Of a stretch of DNA of 20,126 nt, positions 1-12,420 are shown piece after piece. This DNA comes from Eledone cirrhosa. Its lineage: Eukaryota. The DNA lies in NCBI GenBank assembly GCA_964016885.1, contig CAXHJY010000039.1, positions 1-20,126 on the forward strand. Direction: 5' to 3'. Numbering within the stretch: the stretch's first letter is position 1; the number at the start of each line of letters is the position of its first letter. The notes beneath the pieces were generated by a model that made no database searches, was not told the DNA's origin, and was given only the letters and a program-made list of their open reading frames with translations. The position numbers and the translations under genes are program-made.

Positions 1-169
1 GTTGGAAGTGATATTTTAGTAAGTAAGTTAATTTTATAATTTTCTCATTTTACGTCTCTCATATTATTGTTCTGCAACCCCATGCATTGAACCACAAAGT
101 TACTAAGACAAAACCTATATATTTGCTAGCATTGATATGCTGTATGTATATATATGTTACTAGATATTA

Positions 170-1573
<1,404 letters not shown>

Positions 1574-1580
<7 letters not shown>

Positions 1581-1822
1581 TAAAATAACAGATTAAAGTT
1601 TAAGCAAAGAATCGCTGCTTTCACCCTTAACGGGATCTTCTGAAACTAACAAAGTCAATCTGTAAACGCAGAACTGAATATTTCAAAAAAGTTGCAACCG
1701 GAGGAAGACAGGAAGACGATACTTTGGTTCGTGGAAACGTTCGCTGGCAAAGAACGGGAAAATACGAATAATACGTCATTAATAGGAGCGGTGAAAAACA
1801 TAATCTGTTATTTTAATAAATA
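1574..1822 (-). mobile_element. Penelope-type pLTR fragment (family A), reverse copy with a 22-bp inverted end
   Basis: 1574-1702 is the reverse complement of 2119-2248. 1574-1595 (TATTTATTAAAATAACAGATTA) is perfectly inverted at 1801-1822. Contains a hammerhead-like fold and is flanked by (TA)n. Confidence 0.6.
1597..1647 (-). ncRNA. Type-I hammerhead ribozyme-like fold with variant core CAGAAGA
   Basis: Exact reverse complement of 2175-2225. Confidence 0.55.
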
Positions 1823-1963
1823 TATATACATATGTATATATATACATGTATACATATATATGTATACATATATATGTATATACATATATGTATATATATG
1901 TATATATATATATGTATATATATATATATGTATATATATATATGTATATATGTATATATATAT

Positions 1964-1996
<33 letters not shown>

Positions 1997-2070
1997 TATA
2001 TACATATGTATACATATATATGTGTATATATACATACGTATATATATATACATCTATAAATACGTATCTA
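1823..2070. repeat. (TA)n / TATG / TACA microsatellite
   Basis: Seen directly. Confidence 0.95.
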
Positions 2071-2335
2071 TATTTATTAAAATAACAGATTAAAGTTTAA
2101 GCAAAGAATCGCTGCTTTTCCGGTTGCAACGTTTTTTGAAATATTCAGTTCTGCGTTTACAGATTGACTTTGTTAGTTTCAGAAGATCCCGTTAAGGGTG
2201 AAAGCAGCGATTCTTTGCTTAAACTTTAATCTGTTATTTTAATAAATATTTGCTCTACGGTTCTTATATATTTGATATATATTTATCCTTATCGAGCCCT
2301 CTTTATATTTTAGTCTTCAAATTTATTATTATTAC
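2071..2335 (+). mobile_element. Penelope-type pLTR fragment (family A): 48-bp inverted stub, forward copy and 3' tail
   Basis: 2071-2118 is inverted at 2201-2248. The forward copy has a hammerhead fold, then AATAAA (2241), then a unique tail to ~2335 that abuts (TA)n. Confidence 0.6.
2175..2225 (+). ncRNA. Type-I hammerhead ribozyme-like fold with variant core
   Basis: Stem I AGTTT/AAACT; core CAGAAGA (canonical CUGANGA); stem II CCC-GTTAA-GGG; GAAA; stem III AGCA/TGCT; triplet CUU. Confidence 0.55.
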
Positions 2336-2420
2336 TATATGTATATATATAAATATATATATGTATATATATAAATATATATATATATATATGTATATAT
2401 ATAAAAATATATATATATAT

Positions 2421-2458
<38 letters not shown>

Positions 2459-2503
2459 GTATATATATATGTGTATATATATATATATATGTATATATAT
2501 ATG

Positions 2504-2534
<31 letters not shown>

Positions 2535-2581
2535 GTATATATATATGTATATATATATGTGTATATATATATATATATGTG

Positions 2582-2614
<33 letters not shown>

Positions 2615-2635
2615 GTGTATATATATATATATGTG

Positions 2636-2723
<88 letters not shown>

Positions 2724-3149
2724 TGTATTTATATATATATATATGTATATATATATGTGTATATATATATATGTATATATATATGTATATATATATGTAT
2801 ATATATATGTATATATATATGTATATATATATATGTATATATATATGTATATATATGTATATGTATATATATGTATATGTATATATATATATGTATATAT
2901 ATATATGTATATATATATATATGTATATATATGTATATATATATATATGTATATGTATATATGTATATGTATATATATGTATATGTATATATATATATGT
3001 ATATATATATATGTATATATATATATGTATATATATGTATATATATATATATGTATATGTATATATATATATGTATATATATGTATATGTATATATATAT
3101 ATGTATATATATATATATGTATATATATATATGTATATATATATACATG

Positions 3150-3208
<59 letters not shown>

Positions 3209-3750
3209 GTATATATATATGTGTATATATATGTGTATATGTATATATATATGTGTATATATATGTGTATATGTATATATGTGTATATGTATATATATAT
3301 GTGTATATATATGTGTATATGTATATATATGTCTATATATATATGTGTATATGTATATATATATGTGTATATGTATATATATATATATGTGTATATATAT
3401 ATGTATATATATATGTATATATATATATGTATATATATATATGTATATATATATGTATATATATATATGTATATATATATGTATATATATATATATGTAT
3501 ATATATATGTATATATATATATGTATATATATATGTATATATATATATGTATATATATATGTATATATATATGTATATATATGTATATATATATATGTAT
3601 ATATATATGTATATATATATGTATATATATATATGTATATATATATGTATATGTATATATATATATATGTATATATATATGTATATATATATATGTATAT
3701 ATATATGTATATGTATATATATATGTGTATATATATATATTTATATATAC
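2336..3750. repeat. G-interrupted (TA)n microsatellite
   Basis: Seen directly. Confidence 0.97.
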
Positions 3751-4757
3751 ATATATCTATATACAAAATTAAGATGAAACAAATGAATTTAATCTAAATC
3801 AAAATTATGGGTGTCATGCCATAAAGACATGCGTCATATCACCCGTAAAATAAGCTCTAAGATTCTAACGAGTAGGTCCGAGCATTTTATAATAACTGGA
3901 GATTGATTTACATATAAATAAACATGAATAATCACAGGAGATAATTTTTACAAGTGTGTAACCACACATAGCTAGGTAACTAAATAAAGTTGACCAGAAC
4001 TTCAAAAATAGATACCTTATAATATAATTAATCTTCCCTGTATATATTCCATTAGAGAAATATATTTCACCAATTAATCAGATGGTAAACCACAGAAGTG
4101 GAGATTGATTTTCAACAAGGTAGAAATTTTCAGCAATCCGTGTTTACACTTCAAGTTCAAATCAGCGACTGGCCAGCACGTGTAGTATTTACTAGAAATA
4201 CACACATCATACTAGCTTCGTCCCAGTGGCGTGAATAGGGTTTTCGACAACTAGAAACAGCAGTCGAGTCCTTTCAACAGAGTTAGCTCTACAATTAAGG
4301 AGCCGTATTTATATATCTATATCTAAAATTAAGATAAATCAAATGAATTTAATTTAAATCAAAATTATGGGTGTCATGCCAGAAAGACATGCGTCATATC
4401 ATCCGTAAAATAAGCTCTAAGATTCTAACGAGTAGGTCCGAGCATTTTATAATAACTAAAAATTGATTAACATATAAATAAACATGAATAATCACAGGAG
4501 ATAATTTTTACAAGTGTGTAACCACACATAGCTAGGTAGGTAACTAAATAAAGTTGACCAGCACTTCAAAAATAGATACCTTATAATATGATTAATCTTC
4601 CCTGTATATATTCCATTAAAGAGATATATTTCACCAATATATTTCACCATATTTGAACTTGAAGTGTAAACACGGATTGCTGTTAATTTCTTCCTTGTTG
4701 AAAATCCAAGTCTCCAATTCTGTGTTTTACCATATGATTAATTGGTGAAATATATTT
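3751..4757. repeat. Non-coding partial tandem repeat (560-bp period) ending in an inverted segment; probable non-autonomous element or pLTR (family B)
   Basis: 3751-~4074 is repeated at 4311-4638 with scattered substitutions. 4651-4757 is the diverged reverse complement of 4058-4162. Confidence 0.85.
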
Positions 4758-4906
4758 ACCGTCATGTTGTTGTCTAGCATGTTCGTATAATACTGACCCG
4801 TGTTTTCGTCCTTTTAGTTCCCCCCGGTGTTGGTCTATCCTTTCACCTATGCTACGAGCTGTCTCACCTATGTATGTTGTTGTCATGTTTCTGCAAGTAC
4901 CCTCTG
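4756..4906 (-). mobile_element. Inverted 5' segment of the Penelope-like element (GIY-YIG fragment)
   Basis: 151-bp reverse complement of 5639-5789; translates to EGTCRNMTTTYIGETARSIGERIDQH...HARQQHDG. Confidence 0.93.
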
Positions 4907-4910
4907 CATG

Positions 4911-5958
4911 TAACCAGAGTATAACTGTAACTATCGCCTTCCCTTCCAAACACCCTAACAATAGACTACCTGTATTAGACACAGGACTCTGGATTAACAC
5001 TATAGACGAGAGAGTCGAAATTCTCCACTCACACTATGCTAAACCCATGGCCTCCAAATACCTGATACTCAAAAACTCAGCAATGTCCAGTAGTGCTAAG
5101 TTTAATATTCTGATCGCAGATTTGGTACGAGTGATGAAGAATGTGTCCCGCGTGTGCAACCCAACAGAAATGGAAAGACACATCCAACACCTCATCAACC
5201 GCTTGCAGTTCTCTGGCTACAACCAAAGAGACAGAATCAGAGTATACGAAGGAGCCATGGAAAAGTATAAGACCCTCATAGAACTGGACATGAAAGGAAT
5301 TTGCCCATTATACAGGAGCAAATCATGGAATAGGTTAGATAGGGCTAGACATAAGATAGGGAAAGCCACATCGTGGTACGACAACCAAAGATACCAGAGT
5401 GTCATGTTAGTGGACGCCACCCCTGGAGGGAAGTTAGCTAACCAGTGTAGACAGGCCCTGAGAAAGACCCACTTAAAAATAAAGGTGGTAGAAAAGCCAG
5501 GAACCACCATAAAATCCCTGATCAGCAAAACCTACCCTTTTAAGAAAACCCACTGTACCAATAGGAAATGTATCATATGTAAGGTGAAGCCCCGGATGAA
5601 CTGTAAAACTAGAAACGTAGTCTATAGCATAAGATGTACAGAGGGTAATTGCAGAAACATGACAACAACATACATAGATGAGACAGCTCGTAGCATAGGT
5701 GAAAGGATAGAACAACACTGGGGGGAACTAAAAGGACGAAAAAATGGGTCAGTACTATACGAACATGCTAGACAACAACATGACGGTAACATAGACAACA
5801 TAGAAATTAGAATAATATCTAAACATAGAAATGACCCAGCAGATGGGCAAATCAGAGAGGCCAGTGAAATAGAAATTAGAAGACCAAAGCTAAACAGAAA
5901 GAATGAATGGAATAACAACAACACCCAAACAAACAACACTGACCTAAGAGAAGTATAA
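4911..5958 (+). pseudogene. 5'-truncated Penelope-like retroelement ORF: RT end/thumb, Cys-rich linker and GIY-YIG endonuclease
   Basis: Motifs RLPVLD, HYAKPMAS, L..SGY, CTNRKCIIC, CKTRNVVYSIRC, YI(D)ETARS..ERIEQH, L.EH....H, R(E)A.EI and LNRK.E. The first ~20 aa of ORF 4849 derive from the inverted segment. Confidence 0.92.
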
Positions 5959-6400
5959 ATGAGTAAATAAAATAAGATAAATAAATACATACACAAGCAC
6001 AATAACAACAAGCACATAAACACACACTAGTCACCCATCACACAGCAAACATAACACTATACACACACGCAAACGCATGCGCAAAGAAGACAAAATAAAA
6101 TAAACAAACAAGCAAATAAATAAATAAATATATAGACAAAAAAATATAACACCACTGACGATGTTGCAGATGTGCAACGAAAGATTTATGTAAATTATGT
6201 AAACTATATATATGTGTTTGTGTCTATATTGTATCTGTATTATTTTTGACCGTCGGTCAGTCAATGGCAACATTGAGGACCGAGTAAGTTAGATTACCGA
6301 TATAAAAGACAGCGAGAAGCGAAAACCAACCAAACAGTGAGTGTGTTCTGTTATTAATTCTGGCAATATTACACAAATATGACCCTCCCCAAGTATAACA
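5959..6400 (+). mobile_element. 3' UTR / pLTR of the Penelope-like element
   Basis: A/C-rich region after the stop codon, with a hammerhead core and the hairpin TGACCG-T-CGGTCA. Ends directly at (TA)n. Confidence 0.75.
6144..6200 (+). ncRNA. Minimal type-I hammerhead ribozyme (Penelope-associated)
   Basis: CTGACGA (6155-6161), extra T, stem II GTTGCA-GATG-TGCAAC, GAAA (6179-6182), self-complementary stem III AGATTT, triplet UUA. Stem I is weak. Confidence 0.65.
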
Positions 6401-6518
6401 ATATATATATATACATTTATATATATATATATATATACATTTATATATATATATATATATATATATACATTTATATATATATATATATATATACATTTAT
6501 ATATATATATATATATAC

Positions 6519-6560
<42 letters not shown>

Positions 6561-6582
6561 TTATATATATATATATATATAA
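6401..6582. repeat. (TA)n with periodic CATT interruptions
   Basis: Seen directly. Confidence 0.95.
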
Positions 6583-7244
6583 ATAAATTATACAATTATC
6601 AAAGTTGTGTTCAAATCATTTAATAGCTGACACTCGTTTCTTCCAAACTCTCTTTTGGAGTCATCGAAGCATTATCAATGTTTGCACATATAATTACCCT
6701 CCTATTCAACTGAACAATAATATAGATACATATAAATTGATGTTGTGAGCAACCAGTTTCGTATTTAGAGGGTGGAATGGATGTGACATATATTTTACGA
6801 GAATTGTAATTCAAATCAAAATTTAAATTAAAATCAAAAGCACGGAGTGGAATACATGCAACAGTTAAAACAAGGGAATAGTCCAAATATTAAAGAGGCA
6901 TTGAGGAAGCAGTTTTGATAAAGGATGAGTGCGATAACAAATCATATGCAGGCGTATGGATAGTGTGACTGCGTAAGTCATATAATGAGAAGGAGACAAT
7001 AGCTTGTCTCATTCTCATGTATATGACTTGCGGACCCCCCCCCACCCACACACACATGTATATGTATATGTCCTGTATATGTCCTGTTTTCTTGTCCATC
7101 GCCGTGGTGTATTCTGTTCGAATAGCTATTATTAATACACTGATAATCCTGTCTTTAATGCATCTGAAACTATGATTCCCAGAAAACACCATGAAGCGTG
7201 AAATGTCACTCTTTCTGTCTTCTTGTAGTTTTCTGTGTCCTTTA

Positions 7245-8902
7245 TAAATCACTTGTCTGACGGTATATACATTTGGTGCTGACATCAGAATGGAGTTCGG
7301 ATTAAAAAGTGTGGTATGTTAATCTTGAATAGAGGCAAAATTAAAAGCATAGTTGGGGTTGGAGCTGCCTTCAGGAGAGGTTACGAAGCAAATAGAGGAA
7401 GGTTATAAGACCTTAGCGATATTGGAAGTTGATAAGATTATATAAGAGGAAATGAAAGAAAAAAATAAGGTGGAATACAATGCGCAAACTGAGACTTATT
7501 CTCAAGTCGAAACTGAATGGTCGGAATAATGTATGGGTGGTATCACGCCTTAGATATAGAGCAGGGGTGATCACGTGGACAATGGAAGAGCTAAACATTT
7601 TAAACCGAAAAAAAAAGAAAGATATTGAATAGATATTGGGTATTTCACCCAAAGATAGACACTAGTATATTATATATACCAAGAAAAGGAAGAGGACTGG
7701 TAGGGTAGGAAGACAGCATTAGAGCAGAAGATAATACCATATTGTCGTGCATAAAATATTCCACTGAACCACTATTGCTAGAAGAAAGTCAGGGTTGAGC
7801 AGAATAGAAAATTGAAAAGAAAAAAACACTGTGCAAGCATTTAAAAATGGATGAAACCGAAAGTAGATGGACAGAAAAAAAGAATGTATGGACATTTCCA
7901 CAAACATGTTGAAGATAGGACAGACAGAGACTAAAGTTTGTTGTGGATGGCTAAAAGTGATCCAAATTCGAAAGCAGTAGCCTTACTCTGTGCTGCTCAA
8001 GAAGAAGCACTAAAAGCTAACTATATTGGTTTCTTATTTAGGCAAAAGGTCAGCAATTTGGGGGGAGGGGAAAGTCGATTAAATTGACACCAGTGCGCGA
8101 CTGGTAGTTTATTTTATCGACCTCGTAAGGATGAAAGGAAAAGTTAACCTCGGCAGGATTTGAACTCAGATCATAAAGGTTCGTAACTCCTCGTTGCAAA
8201 ACATGGCGTCTGACCCTCTACCGATACTGCCAATCCACCGCCCTAAAAGCTAACTATATTAAGCATAAATTAGACTACACAGCGGTAAGTGATAATTATA
8301 GAATTTTGGGGCATGAATGGAGAAATTCTATAGCTTATTAACTGCTTAGAAAAAATATAAGAGACTTCACGACATAGAAAGAACAGTCCATTGGACACTT
8401 TGTAGCAAATATGCACATGACAGAGCAGAAAAGTGGTACGAACATAACCATGAGGGCGTTATCGAAGATGAAGGTGCAATGATCCTGTAGGATTTGTGAT
8501 ACAGTGTTAGCGTCAGAGACCAGATATTGTATTAATTGAGAAAGAAAGCAAACAGTGTTGGATAATAGATATAGTATGTCCAGCTGATAACAAGGTATGC
8601 GATAAAAAGGGGAAACAAATGATAGATATGGCAGGTTAGCTTGGGAGGTTAAGCAGTTGTGATCACTGAAAAAGGTGGTGGTAATACCAATAAGAGTTGG
8701 ACTCTTTGGGAAAAGTGAATAAATATCTTGAGAAGTACATTAAACAAATACGGATTGCAGTATGGAGGAAACACTTACAAAAAGCAGCATCCCTTGGAAC
8801 GACACGAATACTCCGGAGCGTACTCGAAAAATAAGGGGTGTTAACTCAGTTCACTGCAATACATCTACTGCATTAGAAGCTGAGCGAAGAAGCAATAATA
8901 AT
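7245..8902 (+). mobile_element. Decayed 5'-truncated R4/Dong-clade non-LTR retrotransposon (RT end, zinc-knuckle remnant, restriction-like endonuclease)
   Basis: Frameshifted translation: FGADIRMEFGL, LILKSKLNGRN, FHPKIDTSILYIPRKGRGL, LLCAAQEEALKANYIK, VHWTLC, KWYEH, RPDIVLIEK..CWIIDIVCPAD, LQKAASLGTTRILRSVL. Stop at 8832-8834, then an AAT tail. Confidence 0.88.
8028..8243 (-). mobile_element. tRNA-derived SINE with a 17-18 bp target-site duplication
   Basis: Minus-strand A box TGGCAGTATCGG (8221-8232) and B box GAGTTCAAATCC (8156-8167). Flanked by CTAAAAGCTAACTATATT at 8010-8027 and 8243-8260. Interrupts the LINE reading frame. Confidence 0.9.
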
Positions 8903-9090
8903 TGTTTCTACATTTGGCACAAGCCAGCAAATACCCCAATACATTACTGGTGCTATATTTTATCGCCCCCGTAAGGATGAAAAGCAAATTAACCCCGGCG
9001 GGATTTTAACTCAGAATGTAAAGGGCCATAACTCTATGCAGCAAAGTATGTTGTCTGACGCTCTACCGATACTGCCAATCCACCGCCCTT
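8903..9090 (-). mobile_element. Second, internally deleted copy of the same SINE family
   Basis: Shares CTCTACCGATACTGCCAATCCACCGCCCT and TTTTATCG..CGTAAGGATGAAA with the first copy. Flanked by ATAATAAT on both sides. Confidence 0.87.
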
Positions 9091-9116
9091 ATAATAATGA
9101 TAATGATAATAGTAAT

Positions 9117-9975
9117 TCCATCCAAGAAAACTGTAGCTAATTTTTATTACCGAGGGAAGAAGGAGTGGGGAGTGTTTTTTCACAGAAAATTGTGTTGATA
9201 TGGTAGAACCTAGAGGAATATGTGAAGAACTGTTCAGAAAGTCGTATATGTGCAGCCAAGAAGAGAGGCAGCAAAGTAGTATAAGTTGAAATTGCAAAAT
9301 TATACTAGAATAGGAAAAAATATTTGTGGAGAAAGACCTACAGGGACAGCATTTCAGAAAAACTGAGGAATCAGTAGAAAATGTTCCTGGTTGAATCTGA
9401 AAATGGTGAATTGAAGAAAGTAACTGAAACTCTAATCATAGCTGTCAAAGCAGAAGCCTTACAGTCCAATCTTATTAAATCCCAAATAGACAAATTAGTA
9501 AGACTGGCAAATGCAGGATTTACAAAAGGAATGACACATCCGTAACCCACACTGTAAGTGGCTGTGTTTGATTGGCATAGGAAGTATATAAACATCGCCA
9601 TGATTGTGTAGCTATGGATCTACACTGGGAAATCTTGTGACGACGACAGTGTTAAATGAGTGGCGAATGATAGCAATACCAAGCATAGAGAGTTAGTGAG
9701 AATAACAAGCTCAATGTACTATGGGTCTCATAATCTAGATAGACCACGAAATACAGGCTAGAAGACATGGCATAGTTATCATAATCAAAACTTTAAAAAA
9801 TGCATATTTGTTGACATAGCTCTTTCTGTTAGCACATGTATGATCAACAAGCAGCAGGTAATGATTGAAAAATGTTGAGATCTTGCTAGGGAAAAATAAG
9901 ATTGCGAAATGACTCCACAAAATTAACCTCCTAAAATATAAAATTACAAACAAAATTTATCGTTGGAAGCATCGA
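9117..9975 (+). mobile_element. Second, more decayed R4/Dong-like LINE fragment
   Basis: Remnants HPRK..LPREEG, GELKKVTETLIIA..AL..NLIKSQID, KCRI...THTVSGC..LA...YKHRHD.VA..LHWEI, DHEIQARR and CIFVDIA. Confidence 0.8.
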
Positions 9976-10740
9976 TCCTGACCAACCTTTTCTACTGATG
10001 CCACATTTATGAGAATGTATATTCATCTATACATGATACGTTAAAATCCTAAATGAGTATTCTGCTGTAAACACCGCCATATCATCAGACCACACATGTC
10101 CTATCCTAAGAACCTATTTCACTATGACCAAGAGTAAAAAAAATAAATTCTGATGAGTTTTAATTCGTGGTAGATGGAGTCCCATCTACCAAGGAGAGCC
10201 TCTGCAAAACGGTTCAGTCATCTCCCCGCATATCTGAAAAGCTTGCCATATTTATTAACCCGTAGTATGACCACTTATATAAACCGTGCAGAGCCGCATT
10301 TGAATATAAGGGAAATTGTTTTTCTGCTCACAGTGTAGTTTATATATAATATTGTATCTAGCAAAATGTGTTTTTGACTTGCCATGGCAAGAGGTCCAAT
10401 CCAAGTAAACAGTCTTCAACAGCATGTATTCTCTTATAGCTAATTGCATGCGACGGATACGACCATTGAATAACGTAGTATACGGCGCGTACATATGGCT
10501 TGCCAATGATGGGTTACAGTTCACTGACACAGCCATATACCCCCCCCCCGATTTTCAGGAAGTTTATATGTTATCGTTACACAGTTATATGACACGGGTA
10601 TTTATTAATATAAAGCATCACTATATGTTACGCAAGCAATTTCATACGGTGTTGCATGCAATGATTCTGGTTGAATGAAACCAATAAATCTAGTTGCGAA
10701 TATATCAATGATATAATTATATAAAGCAATTATTAAATAA

Positions 10741-10812
10741 TATATATATGTGAGTATACATATATATATATATATGTGTGTGTGCGTCTGTATATATATG
10801 TATATCTGTGTG

Positions 10813-10873
<61 letters not shown>

Positions 10874-10952
10874 ATGTATATATATATATATATGTGTGTG
10901 TGTGTATGTATATGTGTGTGTATGTATATATATATATATGTGTGTGTGTGTG

Positions 10953-10995
<43 letters not shown>

Positions 10996-10996
10996 A
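10741..10996. repeat. Mixed (TA)n/(TG)n microsatellite
   Basis: Seen directly. Confidence 0.95.
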
Positions 10997-12145
10997 TTCG
11001 TGAAAATTGGATATACGCCCTATACTCTAAATCTGAAATATTAATTTGAATGCCTTAGAAATTTGAGCTTAATTGACAAATATAATTTAAATATATTTTT
11101 ACTATAATTATTTTTTAGTTCACTTGAATTATTTTCCCCTCATTTTGAATTTAAAATAAAGTAATCTCCTATGGTAATGATGGTTTTAGGGCTTTCTAGA
11201 ATCCATATTACCTCAGAAAAATTATATTAAAAAAGTTTCTGGAAAATCGACAAATTATTATTTGGAAGTTTTCGAAGATTGTTTGTCCACGTAATTCAGC
11301 ATATTATTAAAGTACGTATTAGAATGATAATCAATAAACATTATGGAATTAAAACACAATTCTTTTTGTTCTGTGTTCGAATCTCAACAATTTACATCTT
11401 ATTCTACTAGAATCAACAACATATGTCTTGGTGTTAAAAAATGTAATCGTGCATCCTACAAATTCTGAGTCTGTGATAATGTTTGGTATCACAAATGTTA
11501 CTGAAATATTTCATATTTAAATTTTATAACATGAAATGGTGTATACATTTCATTTCATTTAAGAGGCCTATATTTCTGAAAATATGATGAAAATAAAGCA
11601 AAGCTCTCCTACAACATATGCATGAAGACAGAAATACAAAAGCTGCACTTATTATACAAAATATTTAGTATCACTACGTACTCTATCAACACATAATTCA
11701 AAACACATTATGATGATAAAATTAATCAAATACGTTTTTCCTTTCATCGATTTTGATTAATTCCTTCTTGACTAATTATGAATTCGGTGTGAATTTGTGG
11801 TAATATTTAATGATTTATGACACATTCAATGAAAATTAACAATAAACAATATTTTGATGATTTTGCACAAATTATATATTATTACAGATATTTCAGTACT
11901 AGTTTTTATTAAAAGACTCTATATAAATAGATATTTAGATAATAGTTCTTTCGTTAAATTGTGTTTAGAATTCTGAACTCCTGCACTGTCTTGCAAACGA
12001 ACAACTTCCTATTTTTAAGGTATGTCTCGTATATTATCTCGAGAAAATTCTGGAATATTATAACTGGTTTATCTAATTGAAAGAACAGCAACACTTCATA
12101 ACTATGCATTCCTCCCAACACCTTCACCCACATATATATATAGAT

Positions 12146-12420
12146 GTTCCCTTTCTGTAGCATCTGGTGTCCTTGGCCCTAAGGCTACCTCCTTATTCAC
12201 CACCATAGGCGCTGAGCTGGCGAGCTGCAGGTGTGAGCCCTGCGAGTTGGAATGGCTCTTCCAGCGCATCTCCCTTACCATCCTCCGGGGAAACGCCTTC
12301 TCCATCCTGTCCGCCGGTGCTGTGGGGAGGCCAGCACGTGGGACCCCATTTGCTCACCATACGGATTAATAGGTAAAGTTATAAACTATTGTAAATAAAC
12401 CTATTTAATACTATTAAAAG
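12146..12420 (+). mobile_element. 3' end of a CRE-like RLE non-LTR retrotransposon
   Basis: GC-rich island. 12160-12369 reads ASGVLGPKATSLFTTIGAEL...EWLFQRISLTILRGNAFSIL*, matching the QR(I/L)S...QRGNA C-terminal motif. AATAAA follows. Confidence 0.8.

Noticed and set aside
1691-1750. Plus-strand hammerhead-like motif CGGAGGA...GAAACGTTC
   Set aside because: The core and stems are poor, and the opposite strand of the same island has a much better three-stem fold.
1574-1822. MITE with 22-bp TIRs in a TA target
   Set aside because: The sister unit has 48-bp inverted ends and a one-sided tail. Variable arms favour retro-inversion, though a MITE is not fully excluded.
4849-4910. ATG start of the 369-aa ORF
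   Set aside because: It lies in the inverted fragment and reads its antisense strand, so the Penelope ORF is 5'-truncated rather than a full gene.
10255-10678. Overlapping 93-aa and 84-aa ORFs
   Set aside because: No recognisable motifs, and the lengths are compatible with chance.
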